This document shows, in pieces, positions 1 through 11,039 of a stretch of DNA of 64,000 bases (position 1 is its first letter; each line of letters begins with the position of its first letter). Made by a program: the position numbers and the translations under genes. The notes beneath the pieces were generated by a model. That model saw only the letters and a list, made by a program, of their open reading frames with translations, was not told the origin of the DNA and did not search any database. Source of the stretch: an uncultured Phycisphaerales bacterium (lineage in GTDB: Bacteria > Planctomycetota > Phycisphaerae > Tepidisphaerales > Tepidisphaeraceae); the NCBI GenBank assembly GCA_963755915.1, contig CAVWLP010000002.1:3520001-3584000 (forward strand). Direction: 5' to 3'.

Positions 1-24
1 TCGTTTGCCACGAAGCATCTGGAC

Positions 25-1575
25 GTGATGCAGCACATTTTTCACCTGTGGGACGACCGGTTCGACTTTTCGAAGAATCTGTACTTCATCGAGCCGATTT
101 TGGACGCGACGGAATATTCGATCGCTTCAATCGACGCGACCGGCGGGCGGGACGGATTTCTCGGGGGCAACGCGTTTCGGCCGACGATCAACAGCTTCAT
201 GTTTGCCAATGCGGTGGCGATCAGCAAGCTCGCGCAGCTCGCGGGGGATCGCGAGACGGCGCGGACGTTTGCCCGCACGGCGGCATCGATCAGGGAAAAC
301 GTGCAGAAGAGTTTGTGGAATGGCGAGATGAACCATTTTGTGGATAGGTTCCAGGTAAACAATGAGTTTGTGCAATACTGGAACTTTGTGAGAGGGCGCG
401 AGCTGGAGGGATACGTTCCGTGGTATTTCAATCTGCCGGATAACGACGAACGATTTGCGGCGTCGTGGCGACATCTGCTTTCGACCCAGGAGTTCGCGGG
501 GCCGTACGGGCTTCGAACGGTGGAGCCGTCGTATGAGTATTACATGAGGCAGTACCGCTATGACGGGCCGACGGGGCGGCCGGAGTGTCAGTGGAACGGG
601 CCCACCTGGCCGTTTGATACGACGCTGGTGCTGGGGGCGATGGCGAATCTGTTGAACAATTATTCGCAGGATGTGATTCACGCTGAGGATTATGTGAGGC
701 TGCTTCGGCAATATGCGCATCAGCATTACCTCAATGGCCAACTTGACCTTCAGGAGGATTACAATCCTGATACGGGGCAGGTGATGGTGGGCTTGGCGCG
801 CAGCCACCATTACAACCATTCCGACTTCGTCGATCTGGTGATATCGGGGCTGGTGGGTTTGCGGCCGCGGGCGGACGAGGTTCTTGAAGTCAATCCGCTG
901 ATTCCGGTTGATGCGACCGGCGCAAATTCGATCAGTTATTTCTGCCTGGAAAATGTTCTATATCACGGGCAATTGGTGACGATTTTGTACGACCGCGATG
1001 GCACGCATTATGGATTGGGGGCGGGGCTGAGCGTGTATGTGGATGGGGCGCAGGTGATTGCGCCGTCGGAGGTGGGGAAGAAGACGGTGAAGATCGCCGA
1101 GGCGCCGGCGCCGAAATATGAGCCGCTGCCGGTGAATCTGGCGGTCAATTTTCGAAGGAGCGGGTTCCCAGTGCCATCGGCATCGATTAACGATGGGCCT
1201 GACGATTTTTACCGGGCGATTGACGGGCGGGTGTGGTTTTACCCGAACGTGAAAAACTACTGGTCGACGGTGGGCTCGGGGGGGACGCAGGATTGGTATG
1301 GTCTGGATTTCGGGCGCGACGTGTCGATGCGTTCGGTCAAGCTGTACTTTTATAGTGACGGGCAAGTTTTCAAGTCGCCCGACAGCTTTAAGCTGGAGTA
1401 CTGGAACGGCGGAGATTGGGCTGAGGTGCCGGGCCAAGTGAGGAAGCCGGATGGGCCGCTGGGTAATGGGGAGAACAGGGTCAGTTTTCCTGTCGTGCAG
1501 ACGTCGCGGTTGCGGGTGGTGTTCGACCATCAGAAAGACGCGGCGGTTGCGCTGGTGGAAATCCAAGTCTATTGA
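25..1575 (+). CDS. MGH1-like/GH63-type glycoside hydrolase with C-terminal discoidin (F5/8)-like domain; probably 5'-partial
   Basis: Long ORF with 'FRPTINSFMFANA', 'CQWNGPTWPF' and 'RSHHYNHS' motifs; C-terminal 'DWYGLDFG...LEYWNG...TSRLRV' discoidin-like beta-sandwich. Confidence 0.7.
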   Translation: MMQHIFHLWDDRFDFSKNLYFIEPILDATEYSIASIDATGGRDGFLGGNAFRPTINSFMFANAVAISKLAQLAGDRETARTFARTAASIRENVQKSLWNGEMNHFVDRFQVNNEFVQYWNFVRGRELEGYVPWYFNLPDNDERFAASWRHLLSTQEFAGPYGLRTVEPSYEYYMRQYRYDGPTGRPECQWNGPTWPFDTTLVLGAMANLLNNYSQDVIHAEDYVRLLRQYAHQHYLNGQLDLQEDYNPDTGQVMVGLARSHHYNHSDFVDLVISGLVGLRPRADEVLEVNPLIPVDATGANSISYFCLENVLYHGQLVTILYDRDGTHYGLGAGLSVYVDGAQVIAPSEVGKKTVKIAEAPAPKYEPLPVNLAVNFRRSGFPVPSASINDGPDDFYRAIDGRVWFYPNVKNYWSTVGSGGTQDWYGLDFGRDVSMRSVKLYFYSDGQVFKSPDSFKLEYWNGGDWAEVPGQVRKPDGPLGNGENRVSFPVVQTSRLRVVFDHQKDAAVALVEIQVY

Positions 1576-1802
1576 TCCGGTCGGAATTTCTTTGACTTCG
1601 CGATGGTTTCCCACGAAAATGGTCCTCGCGGAGAAGTTCATTTCAGCGCAGAATCTGGCGTTCATTTCGGGAGAATTCTTAGTGCTCCCTGCCAATCGGG
1701 CTGAAATTCGACATTCGTTTCTCGCTTAGTGCAATTAACACAGATCAAAGCCAAGGCTGCGGGCCTGCGGCCGCGCGGGCCCAATGACCGCGTGAATTAA
1801 TC

Positions 1803-3329
1803 ATGATTCAAAATATCCTTGTGCTGGGCGGAGGGAGTGCAGGTTTGCTGGCGGCGATTTCGCTCAAGCGGAAAATCCCAAAGCTGGCGGTTCGGGTGGT
1901 TCGCAGCGCGGATATCGGGGTGATTGGCGTGGGGGAAAGCACCACGCCGGTTATTCCAAGACATCTTTTTGAATATCTGGGAATCAGCCGGAAGTACTTC
2001 TATGCGGCGGCAGAGCCAACCTGGAAAGTGGGAATTCATTTTATCTGGGGTCCGAGATCGAGCTTCAATTATCCATTCGATTTGCAACTGGATGCACAAT
2101 TTGCTGATCTGCCCAAGCCCAATGGGTTTTATTGCGACGAAGAATTTGAGGGGGCGAGCGCGTGCTCGGCATTGATGGCGTGCGGGAAGGCGTTTGCGCG
2201 GCGGGCCGGGAATAGTGGAGGGCACGGTCGAGGCAATGGGGGGCCGGAGATACCGGAATTCCAGGCGTTTCACCTTGAGAACGTGAAACTGGTGGCGTGC
2301 CTGGAGACGCTGGCGCGGCAGATCGGCGTGGAGTTCATCGATGCGAAAATCGCCGGCGCCCAGCGCGGGCCGGCGGGAATCGCGGCGGTGGTTCTGGAAG
2401 ACGGGAGAAAGCTGGAGGCGGATTTTTTTATCGATGCCAGCGGCTTCCGCAGCGAACTTCTTGGGCGAACGCTGGAAGAACCTTTCATTTCATTTGATCG
2501 GTCACTGTTCTGCGATCGGGCAATTGTCGGAAGCTGGAAGCGCGGGGAGGAGCCGATATTGCCGTATACGACCGCGGAAACGATGGACGCCGGGTGGTGT
2601 TGGCAGATCGAACATGAGCAATCGGTGAATCGAGGTTACGTCTATTGCTCGGCGGCGATTTCTGATGATGAGGCGCATGCGGAATTCATGCGGAAGAATC
2701 CCAAGGCTAAAACCTGGGATAGGACAGTGAAATTCCGGTCGGGGAGATACCGGCGGGGATGGGTTGAGAACGTGGTGGGTATGGGGAATGCGTGCGGTTT
2801 CGTGGAGCCGCTGGAGTCGAGCTCACTGATGGTGATCTGTTACCAATGTCAGGCGCTGGTGGAGTTTCTGATTCATAGCGAGCTCTGTCCGACGCCGACG
2901 ATGCGGGATCTTTACAATCGTTTCGCGGAGTCGACCTGGGATGAAATCCGGGAATTTCTGGCATTTCATTACCGGTTCAACACGCGGCTGGCGACGCCGT
3001 TCTGGACGCGATGCCAGAATGAGGTTGATGTGTCGGGCAGCGCGGCGCTTCTGGAGTTTTACGCGCAGAATGGACCGACGGGGCTGTGCCGGCATTTCCT
3101 GCGGAATCTGCCGGGAGCCGGATTTCAATATGGGGTGGAAGGGTTCCTGACATTGCTGGTGGGAAATCAGGTGCCGTATCGGAATCGGCATGTGGCCAGC
3201 GAGGCGGAGCGCGCGACCTGGAAACGTCATCTGGCCAGCTACCGGGCGATTGCACAAAATGGGATGGACGTGAAAGAGGCGCTGGGATTCGTCAAACATC
3301 CGGGGTGGTGCTGGAAAGCGGGGAATTGA
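1803..3329 (+). CDS. Tryptophan 7-halogenase family flavin-dependent halogenase
   Basis: GGGSAG FAD-binding motif, IGVGESTTP, WCWQI (WxWxI) and FVEPLESS motifs; 508 aa. Confidence 0.9.
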   Translation: MIQNILVLGGGSAGLLAAISLKRKIPKLAVRVVRSADIGVIGVGESTTPVIPRHLFEYLGISRKYFYAAAEPTWKVGIHFIWGPRSSFNYPFDLQLDAQFADLPKPNGFYCDEEFEGASACSALMACGKAFARRAGNSGGHGRGNGGPEIPEFQAFHLENVKLVACLETLARQIGVEFIDAKIAGAQRGPAGIAAVVLEDGRKLEADFFIDASGFRSELLGRTLEEPFISFDRSLFCDRAIVGSWKRGEEPILPYTTAETMDAGWCWQIEHEQSVNRGYVYCSAAISDDEAHAEFMRKNPKAKTWDRTVKFRSGRYRRGWVENVVGMGNACGFVEPLESSSLMVICYQCQALVEFLIHSELCPTPTMRDLYNRFAESTWDEIREFLAFHYRFNTRLATPFWTRCQNEVDVSGSAALLEFYAQNGPTGLCRHFLRNLPGAGFQYGVEGFLTLLVGNQVPYRNRHVASEAERATWKRHLASYRAIAQNGMDVKEALGFVKHPGWCWKAGN

Positions 3330-5527
3330 GGGTCGGAGGTGCGCCGGCGCCGGCAGGAAAGAACGGCGATGCTGCCAATTGTTATCAATCCAAACGACGC
3401 GGGCTCGGGGACATCGACGATCGCGGGCAGGGGCAATCCATTCGCAGCGGCGAAGGCATCCAGCGCGGCAATGTCGGCTGGGGAGACGGTCGCATCAGCG
3501 CCGCTGTTGCCCTGGCCGAAGTTGGCGGCGAGGGCGGAGAAATCGGAGCCGTTGATGGAGGGGCCGTAGAGGAAATTTCCCTGGTCCCAGTTGGTGAGGC
3601 CTTTGCCGAAGTTGGCGGCGAGGATGCTGAAATCGGTTCCGTTGACGACGCCGTCGAGATTGGCGTCGCCGAGAAGGGTGTATTTGATTTCAATTTGGCC
3701 GGAGGAGAGGCCGGAGACGACGCCGTCTTTTCCGTCGGCCCAGCCGAGGCCGTAGTCACGGTTGGTTGCGGCGGCGGAGGAGATGATTCCGGGGCCGTTC
3801 CAGTGGCCGTTGTTGTAGCCGGATTTTATGTACGCGGCGATGGAGGCGATGGGATCGGATGAGGTGTAGGTGAGTAGGAGGTGGTTGTTGTTTACGTCGA
3901 GCGTGCCGCCGGGGATGGAGAGGGAGTTGAGGGTGATATTCGTTGTGTTGGCGGCGAGTTTGAAAGTGCCCGCGGAGATGGTGAGGTTGGCGGCGGTGAG
4001 GGCGGTGCCGAGGGTTAGTGCGCCTGAGCCGCATTTGGTGAAACTGCCGGTGTCGATGATTTGGCCTGTGCCGGCAATGGAATAGTTTCCGGCGCTGTTG
4101 TTGACGGAAATGGAGGCGGCATTGACGGTAGTGCTCAGGGAGACGGTGTAATTGCCGTTGTTGGAATCGTTGAAGGTGACGGAATCGCCGGCGGAGAAGA
4201 CGGTGGTTGTATTGCCGCTAGTCCAGTTAGAGCTGGCGCCGTTGTCCCAGAGCTGGTTCCCGGAGGCGTTGGCCCAGGTGAGGGAGGAGGAACCGAGGAT
4301 GGAATTGGGGATAACGCCGGGCTGGAAGAGATCGGCGAGGCTGGTGGCGTTGGCGGCGTCGCCAAGGGCGCCGGTGGAGGTATTGCCGGCGACGCCGAAG
4401 ATCTCCTGCATGGTGAGCAGGTCCGACGAATGGGTGTACTCGGCAATTGTGCTGTCGTAGGGCGATCCGTTGACGTTCGGATGTGCCAGCGGCGAAATGA
4501 CGATGCAGGGAAGCGTGTAATCCAAACTATCCGGATTATTCGATGTTGAATCGGGCTCCGATTCGTCAAACCAGATGACGATCGCGCCGTTATTCTGGTA
4601 GGCGGAGGAACTCATGATTTCGGGGATAATCTTTGAAAGGAAATTGTCGCCCTGCGCGATATTGGCTGCGTCGCCGGTGTACGTGGTGCCGTTGTAGGTG
4701 AAACCGTTCGGCAGCTCGGTGTGCATATTGTTGTAGGCGTCGGGGGTGATCCAGTTGTAGCGGGCCACCGTGTTGTTTGCGAGGTCGGTTTGCAATTGTT
4801 GAAGGGGTGCGTAATGGGAGACTTCGGGGTTGGAGGCCGTGGTGTTGCCGTTGCCGTTGGTGTCCGTGAAATAGGCGAAAGGATCGTGGTGGACCATGTA
4901 ATAGTATTGGTTCGTGCCGTTGTAGGGATTCGTGCCGGAGTAGTTGCCGCTGGAATCGTTCAGCGGCACGGTCCACTGGCTCTGCGGAAGCACGGCGCCG
5001 GTGGTCGTGTTTATGTCGGTGTCTTCAGCATATTCCTTCCAGGAGATGCCGGCAGATTGTAGGAGTCCGGCAAAGTTTTGATTGCTGGTTTGGACGTCGT
5101 CAGGCGCGCCGCTTGACGTGTAGGGAGGATCGTCATTGTTGACGCCGAAGTTGGTGCCGGCCTGGGTCCAGATATAGTTCGGCAAAGAAGGATGGATGTC
5201 CTGAACATTGGATTCGTTGACGGTGGCATTGTAATAGGTGGAGGTAAATGCGGTCTGGGCGCTGACGTTCTCGGGGATGCCATTGATGGTAATCGTGCCG
5301 TTGCCGTTCACAAGGCTGTTGATGAATGGCGCGGCGGGGTTGCCATAGATCTGCTCGTTGTCGTTGGGATTGGAAATATTGCCGTCGGGCTGAGTCCAGT
5401 TGTGGTTTTCGAATGAAAGTACGAAGACATCGCCAATGGAAGAGGCGGCATAGGCGCGCGCCGCGGCAGCCGTGATGATGGCGGAAAAAACGGGGACTCT
5501 ACGCACCCTAGACGCCATAGCGTACAA
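3239..5527 (-). CDS. Secreted phosphoesterase (acid phosphatase/phospholipase C family) with dockerin-like module and PEP-CTERM sorting signal
   Basis: Signal peptide; 'VFVLSFENH', 'HPSLPNY', 'HHDPFAYF', 'WITPDAYNNMH' and 'IWFDESE' motifs; GDANLDG repeat; VPEPA + TM + RRRR. Confidence 0.8.
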   Translation of the reverse strand: MYAMASRVRRVPVFSAIITAAAARAYAASSIGDVFVLSFENHNWTQPDGNISNPNDNEQIYGNPAAPFINSLVNGNGTITINGIPENVSAQTAFTSTYYNATVNESNVQDIHPSLPNYIWTQAGTNFGVNNDDPPYTSSGAPDDVQTSNQNFAGLLQSAGISWKEYAEDTDINTTTGAVLPQSQWTVPLNDSSGNYSGTNPYNGTNQYYYMVHHDPFAYFTDTNGNGNTTASNPEVSHYAPLQQLQTDLANNTVARYNWITPDAYNNMHTELPNGFTYNGTTYTGDAANIAQGDNFLSKIIPEIMSSSAYQNNGAIVIWFDESEPDSTSNNPDSLDYTLPCIVISPLAHPNVNGSPYDSTIAEYTHSSDLLTMQEIFGVAGNTSTGALGDAANATSLADLFQPGVIPNSILGSSSLTWANASGNQLWDNGASSNWTSGNTTTVFSAGDSVTFNDSNNGNYTVSLSTTVNAASISVNNSAGNYSIAGTGQIIDTGSFTKCGSGALTLGTALTAANLTISAGTFKLAANTTNITLNSLSIPGGTLDVNNNHLLLTYTSSDPIASIAAYIKSGYNNGHWNGPGIISSAAATNRDYGLGWADGKDGVVSGLSSGQIEIKYTLLGDANLDGVVNGTDFSILAANFGKGLTNWDQGNFLYGPSINGSDFSALAANFGQGNSGADATVSPADIAALDAFAAANGLPLPAIVDVPEPASFGLITIGSIAVLSCRRRRTSDPQFPAFQHHPGCLTNPSASFTSIPFCAIAR

Positions 5528-5539
5528 TTGTACTCAAAT

Positions 5540-6546
5540 ATGTTGCAGATTCTATTTCGAATTCATTTGTTCGGGCGGGAAATTCCAATTTATGGATATG
5601 GACTCATGCTCGTCGTGGCATTCCTGGCCTGCGTGCAGACGTCGCGGTGGCTGGCGGCTCGGAAGGGGATGAACCCCGATCATTTTGTGGATGCGACGTT
5701 GATTGCGCTGGTTACCGGGCTGATTGGGGCGCGGCTTTGCCATGTGGTGGAGAATATTCCTGAATATACGCGGTCCGATCTGACCGTGGCGCAGAACATT
5801 TACAATATCGCCAATACGCGCGAAGGGGGGCTGACTTTTTATGGCGGGTTTATCTTTGCGACGCCATGCGTGATCGCCTACGGCATTTACCGCAAGGCGA
5901 ACATTTTGCTGGGGATGGATATTGTGGCGCCGGTGGTGATGGTGGGGCTGGGGTTTGGGCGGATTGGATGTTTTTTGAATGGGTGTTGCTATGGGGCGCA
6001 GTGTTCGCTGCCGTGGGCGGTGAGTTTTCCTTATTATTCGAATGCGTATATCGAACAGAGTGAGGCGGGGAAGATCACGATTCCGGATGAGTTGCGCGGG
6101 AGCAGCGGGGGGCCGATGAATCCGCAGTTGCCGCCGGTTTCGGATACGCCGCGGCTTCATGCGCTGGCGGCGAGCAGTCCGGCGCTGCCGGTGCATCCGG
6201 CGGAGTTGTATAGCTCTTTCACGGCCTTTCTGCTGGCGGCGCTGCTGATTGCTTACCTGGGGTTGCCGCATGAGAACGGGAAAGTTTTTGCCCTGATGAT
6301 GATGCTGGAAGGGGTGGCGCGGTATATCCTGGAGCTGATTCGCGTGGAGCCGGCCGTTTGCACGGTGAAGATTTTGGGCAGGAATATGGGATGAGCATCA
6401 GCATGATTATGGGGGCAGGGGTCGCGGTGGCGGGGGTGGTGATGTGGATTTTGCTATCGCGGCGAGGGAGAGCTGGGGGTAGGGCGGAGGGCGTTGGGGT
6501 CGCCGGTGGGGGGCGGGGCGTGGTCGGTCGAGCTGCGCGGGCCTAG
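5540..6546 (+). CDS. lgt: Prolipoprotein diacylglyceryl transferase (frameshift near 6390)
   Basis: YGYGLM, GARL, GGLTFYGG, GRIGCFLNGCCYG and HPAELY motifs; the last TM helix is in ORF 6358-6546. Confidence 0.85.
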
Positions 6547-7293
6547 CAGTTGCGTGAGAAGGGGGCGGAGGGCGTCGGCCCAGATTTGATATCCGTTGAC
6601 CGTGGGATGGAGCTTATCAACGGTCATGCCGGGGAAGAGTTTGCCCTCGGGGTCGGCGAGCTTGTCGTTGACGTTGATATAGAAGATCGTTTTGCCGTCG
6701 GCGAATTTTTCGAGCTGATCGTTGATGCGCACAATTTCGGGGACGACGGCGGGATTGTCGTTGCGGGGGAAGATGGCGGTGACAATGATTTTTGCGTCCG
6801 GGGCCTTTGCGCGGCAGGCGGCGAGGAGGGTTTGGTAGCCATTGACGATGTCGTCGATTTTTTCGTGGTTGCCAACATCGTTGGTGCCGGCGAGGAGGAC
6901 GATGACCTTGGGATTCACGTTATCTAATTCGCCGTTGTCGATGCGCCAGAGAATGTTCTGGATGCGGTCGCCGCCCCAGCCGAAGTCGGCGGCGTTCCAG
7001 CCGAAGAAGTTCTGGTTCCAATTCTGGAGCATTGCGGACCACTGGGGGTCGGTGCATCCCCAGCGGCGGGTGATGGAGTCGCCGAGGAAGTAGAGGTCGA
7101 TGCCGCCGGCGCGGGCTTTGGCGAGGAGCTGCTGGTGGGCGAGGATGGAGTTCGCGTCGGTGCGCGGGGCGGGGATGGAGGCGGAGTCGGGTGGGGGGGA
7201 GGGCATGGTGGTCGTTGGCTGGGCGCGGACGGGGGAGAATGTTTGGAGGAGAATCAGGGCGATTGCCCCGAAAAGAACCTTCTGACTAAACAT
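6454..7293 (-). CDS. GDSL/SGNH esterase-lipase, secreted
   Basis: FLGDSIT, GWGGD, GTND and DKLHP blocks; signal peptide. Confidence 0.9.
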   Translation of the reverse strand: MFSQKVLFGAIALILLQTFSPVRAQPTTTMPSPPPDSASIPAPRTDANSILAHQQLLAKARAGGIDLYFLGDSITRRWGCTDPQWSAMLQNWNQNFFGWNAADFGWGGDRIQNILWRIDNGELDNVNPKVIVLLAGTNDVGNHEKIDDIVNGYQTLLAACRAKAPDAKIIVTAIFPRNDNPAVVPEIVRINDQLEKFADGKTIFYINVNDKLADPEGKLFPGMTVDKLHPTVNGYQIWADALRPLLTQLLGPRSSTDHAPPPTGDPNALRPTPSSPSPR

Positions 7294-7360
7294 GAGTCCT
7301 CCTGCCGGGAGCTGCCGGTGAAATGGCAGTTCGTGCGATCAGACATTATCCTGTTTCGCA

Positions 7361-9072
7361 GTGATTCGCACACGATTTGGCCATTTCTCGAACTTGGTCT
7401 TCGTAGCCATTATCATGATATGTTTGCAAGCGGCTGTTTCTCAGGAAGTGAACTTGCAGACGATTTCCATTCCGCATCTGCGCACGACGGGGCAGGTTAC
7501 ACAACTCTACGTTAACGATAAGCCGTTTTTGGCCCTTGGGGGCGAGCTGGGGAATTCGGATGCGTCTGATTTAAACGTTTTGGAGAGCGCGTTTGCCAAG
7601 TGCCAGCGGATGAATTTGAACACGGTGATGCTGCCGGTCTATTGGGATTTGATTGAGCCCCAGGAGGGGAAGTTTGATTTTTCGCTGGTACAGGGGGCGA
7701 TCGATGGGGCCCGCAGTCACGGCTTGCACCTGGTCTACCTGTGGTTTGGCACCTGGAAGAACAGCATGTCGTGTTACGCGCCAAGCTGGGTGAAGCGCGA
7801 TACGGCTCGCTTTGCGCGGGCGAAACAAAGCTCGGGCGAATCGATGGAGATCATCAGTCCATCGAGCAGCGAGGCAAATGACGCGGATGCGCGGGCATTT
7901 TTTGAGCTGATGCGCTGGACGCGGAATTATGATGCGAAGCAGCAGACGGTGTTCATGGTGCAGGTCGAGAATGAGATCGGCATGATCCCGGAGCCGAGGG
8001 ACCATAGCGAAAAATCGGAGGCGGCATATCGCGGGCCCGTGCCAGGGCAGTTGCTCTCGATGGCGCAGAAGGGGGAGCTTGGGCCGGAGGTGGGGGGGCT
8101 GTGGGAGAGGGCGGGGAAGAGGACTTCGGGGACGTGGGGTGATGTGTTTGGCGGGAGGCGCAGGGCCAGGAAGTTTTTTCGGCGTGGCAGTTTGCCAGTT
8201 ATGTGGAGAACGTTGCGGCAGCGGGGAAGAAAGAATATCCGCTGCCGATGTATGCGAACGCGGTGCTCGTTCGACCTGGGTATCAGCCGGGGCAATATCC
8301 CAGTGCGGGGCCGCTGCCGCATCTGCTGGAGGTTTGGCGCAGCGGAGCCCCGTCGCTGGATATGATCTGTCCGGATATTTATTTTCCGAATTTCATGGAG
8401 TGGTGCGGGAAATATGTGCGGAATGGGAATCCGCTGTTTATTCCCGAGATGGCGGCGTCGGCGCGGGCGGCGGGAAATGCGGTTTGTGCGGCGGCGAAGT
8501 TTGGGGCGATTGGGTTTGGGCCGTTTTCGATTGAGAATGTGAGCGCGGAGAGGGAGCGGGAGATTGGGAATTGCTATGGCGTTTTGGCGGGATTGTCGGG
8601 GATGATTTTGAATTGCCAGGCGGAGGAGAAGATTTTGGGTCTTTCGCCGCAGATTGGGTTTGACTGGTCGGTGGCGGATCAGACGCCGCTGGGGACATTG
8701 GGGGGAGTTGAGTTTGAGGCGACCTTTGACAAGCCGGTGATTGGCGGGAGCGGGGTGACGACGGCGTTGCCGACGCTGGGAATGGGGCGGTGGGACGCGC
8801 CGCCGGCGACGCCGGATGGGGCGGCGATGGTTTTGCAGGTGGCGGATGAGGAGTTTGTGATCGTGGGGATGGGGACGACGATTACGTTTGCGCCGGCGGA
8901 TGGCAAGGGGAAGATTGGGATTGATCGCGTGCAGGAAGGGCGGTACGAAAAGGACGGAACGTGGGTTGGGGGGCGGTGGCTGAATGGGGATGAGACGCAC
9001 CAGGGACGACATGTTCGATTTAACGATGAGGAGTGGTCGGTGCAGCGGGTGATGCTTTATCGATATCAATAA
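7361..9072 (+). CDS. GH35-like beta-galactosidase with DUF5597-type C-terminus (frameshift near 8160-8200)
   Basis: GGELGNS, WFGTWKNSMSCYAP and QVENEIG in ORF 7361-8365; continues with YPSAGP, PDIY, FIPE and LNGDETHQG in ORF 8203-9072. Confidence 0.8.
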
Positions 9073-9124
9073 ACATTTTTTCGCCGGACTGTGCTGAAGC
9101 CAGGCGCCGTCGCCAGACGCCGTC

Positions 9125-9153
9125 TTGCCGATTCGGAATGAGGCGGATACCAT
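9125..9153 (+). promoter_or_regulatory. Putative native sigma70-type promoter of tRNA-Val
   Basis: TTGCCG(9125-9130)-17 bp-TACCAT(9148-9153), 11 nt upstream of the tRNA 5'-end copy at 9165. Confidence 0.6.
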
Positions 9154-9164
9154 CCTTAGTGATA

Positions 9165-9186
9165 GGGCGATTGGCGCAGTTGGCTA
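9165..9186 (+). repeat. attL: 22-bp copy of the tRNA-Val 5' end
   Basis: GGGCGATTGGCGCAGTTGGCTA is identical to 46764-46785. Confidence 0.9.
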
Positions 9187-9370
9187 CGATACCACGTCTA
9201 TAAACCCTGGCGATTCCAGTCAGTTACAAAAACCCGCAGACCCCCCGACAGCATGTTTGTCAGCAGTCAGTGCAGAATTGCAGGCCGTGATTGAGTCTTG
9301 GCCGTTACTTCCGCAAGCCGCACGGCAAGCGATTCTGGCCACGATCCGAGCGGCAAAGGGGAAATGATCC

Positions 9371-9826
9371 ATGCCCTACACCGGACGCGAACGTGGCTCA
9401 CTGACAGGCCAAGAGCTTGAGGTTAAAGAGGCCCTGCACTTCTATTACCCGGACATCAACTCCGATTCCCGAATCTGGACTCCACTGACCGTGCTGTATG
9501 CCGCATACCTACGGCATTGGCAAGCCTGCAAGAAACGCGGATGGCGACGTGAGTCGATGAATGGCGTGCTGCTGTCCCCGCCAGTTGATCCGAAGCCGTT
9601 ACGGTTGAATCAATTTGGCCGGGTGATCCGCAGAGTGTTCCCGAATGCGAGCAAGGTCCGGCGAGTTGTGCGAGAGGCGGTCCGCACCCTGATTGCTGAC
9701 GATCCACAACGGGTAACGCTTCGCACCCGATGGCGTGTCCGATGGGGTTACACACTGGCCGGGCCGATGGCACTCCATTCCCACACACCACGCGGCGGGA
9801 AACGGAAGAACACCACGCCCATTTGA
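9371..9826 (+). CDS. Hypothetical basic protein
   Basis: ATG-started 151-aa ORF inside island 1; no family recognised. Confidence 0.4.
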   Translation: MPYTGRERGSLTGQELEVKEALHFYYPDINSDSRIWTPLTVLYAAYLRHWQACKKRGWRRESMNGVLLSPPVDPKPLRLNQFGRVIRRVFPNASKVRRVVREAVRTLIADDPQRVTLRTRWRVRWGYTLAGPMALHSHTPRGGKRKNTTPI

Positions 9827-10114
9827 TACGCGGATGAACCGCCCTCTCACGATGCTGTACTGATCCGTTGCGTTGAGTGAATGATTGATGCTGCGATGAT
9901 GCACACAGTTGAGACGGGGGGTGATACCTTTTGATCGTCAAATGGGTCCCATCCACTACCTTCTATAGCCATCAGTCGCGTATATAAAATTTAGCCTTGA
10001 CGATCTCGCCGGATACAAGATTGGTGAGCACTACCTCAACCCATCTTTTTTCCCAGTGTGCCGGCAGACTGGCGCGGAATGAAGTAGTCGTATCGACGTG
10101 GGGACGGCGTTGGC

Positions 10115-11014
10115 CTACCCATTCCAGAACTCCTCAAGTTCCTTGTTGTCTATTGGCGACGACAATTCGCCGAGGAGATGTTGACAAGTTCCTGCCTGCT
10201 GTTTGATTAGACCAATGTCCGAGTTGTATGTTTGCAAATCGGTATCGTTTTCAAACAGGATTATGCCGTTCTGGATTTCAAAATGTCCAAGCCGTGACTC
10301 CAAAAAGTTCAACTCATCGAGCACAGTTGCATGGAATTGCCGATTGGTATCGAATATCGCATGTGCCGTCGCCAGCGTAGCAGCCGCTTTGACCCGACAC
10401 GCGCCAACAAGCGATGATTTTGATGAGTTGTCTATTGGTATCGCTTGCAAGCGGTCAGGACACGACTCTATCAGTGAGCATATTTGTTTCTCAAATTCTT
10501 CACCGAGTTTTTCGCTTTGTTCAACCTTGGATCGTGCGGCAACAATCTTTTCCTTTGTGTCCAAATTCTCCGGTTTAAGGATTCCGTTACCCCAAATCGC
10601 ATTCATCTGGGCATTGTATTGATTCGCCAACTGCATCGTCTCCGCCTCGTATGCTTTTGCCTCATGCCGCAGTTGTTCGGTATCGCTTGCACTGACGGAT
10701 TGTGGTGTTGGTTTAGTAATTTCTGCACCGATCATTAGTGCTGCGATTATCACAACGGTGCCGTCAAAGGCACCCTTCGCGTTTTTGATTCGATTGCCCG
10801 GAAAACACACCGCCAGTCCCGCCACGACCATGCCGAAGAGTGCTGCGTCAAAAATTGATGCGGTTACAGTTTGCCACCAGCCATTGTCGCCAATCACTGA
10901 TATCGAGTAAAAAATAGCGGCAAGCAACACGCAGATTGTTCGCACTCGCCACCGCTTTTCCGGTCGTTTCGGTTGACTTTCTGCATCGGGCTGAGCAAGA
11001 AGTTCGTCACTCAT
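10115..11014 (-). CDS. Hypothetical membrane protein (about 3 TM helices + helical soluble domain)
   Basis: Hydrophobic N-terminal segments followed by a long helical region. Confidence 0.6.
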   Translation of the reverse strand: MSDELLAQPDAESQPKRPEKRWRVRTICVLLAAIFYSISVIGDNGWWQTVTASIFDAALFGMVVAGLAVCFPGNRIKNAKGAFDGTVVIIAALMIGAEITKPTPQSVSASDTEQLRHEAKAYEAETMQLANQYNAQMNAIWGNGILKPENLDTKEKIVAARSKVEQSEKLGEEFEKQICSLIESCPDRLQAIPIDNSSKSSLVGACRVKAAATLATAHAIFDTNRQFHATVLDELNFLESRLGHFEIQNGIILFENDTDLQTYNSDIGLIKQQAGTCQHLLGELSSPIDNKELEEFWNG

Positions 11015-11039
11015 TGGTATTCCTAATCCTGCCCAAAGT

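Noticed and set aside
1803-3329. Halogenase as part of a biosynthetic gene cluster
   Set aside because: No NRPS, PKS, RiPP or tailoring genes nearby; it appears to stand alone.
7927-9153. 408-aa minus-strand ORF and similar long antisense ORFs (e.g. 39405-40316, 29681-30547, 3086-3862)
   Set aside because: These are shadow ORFs of GC-rich genes with recognisable products on the other strand.
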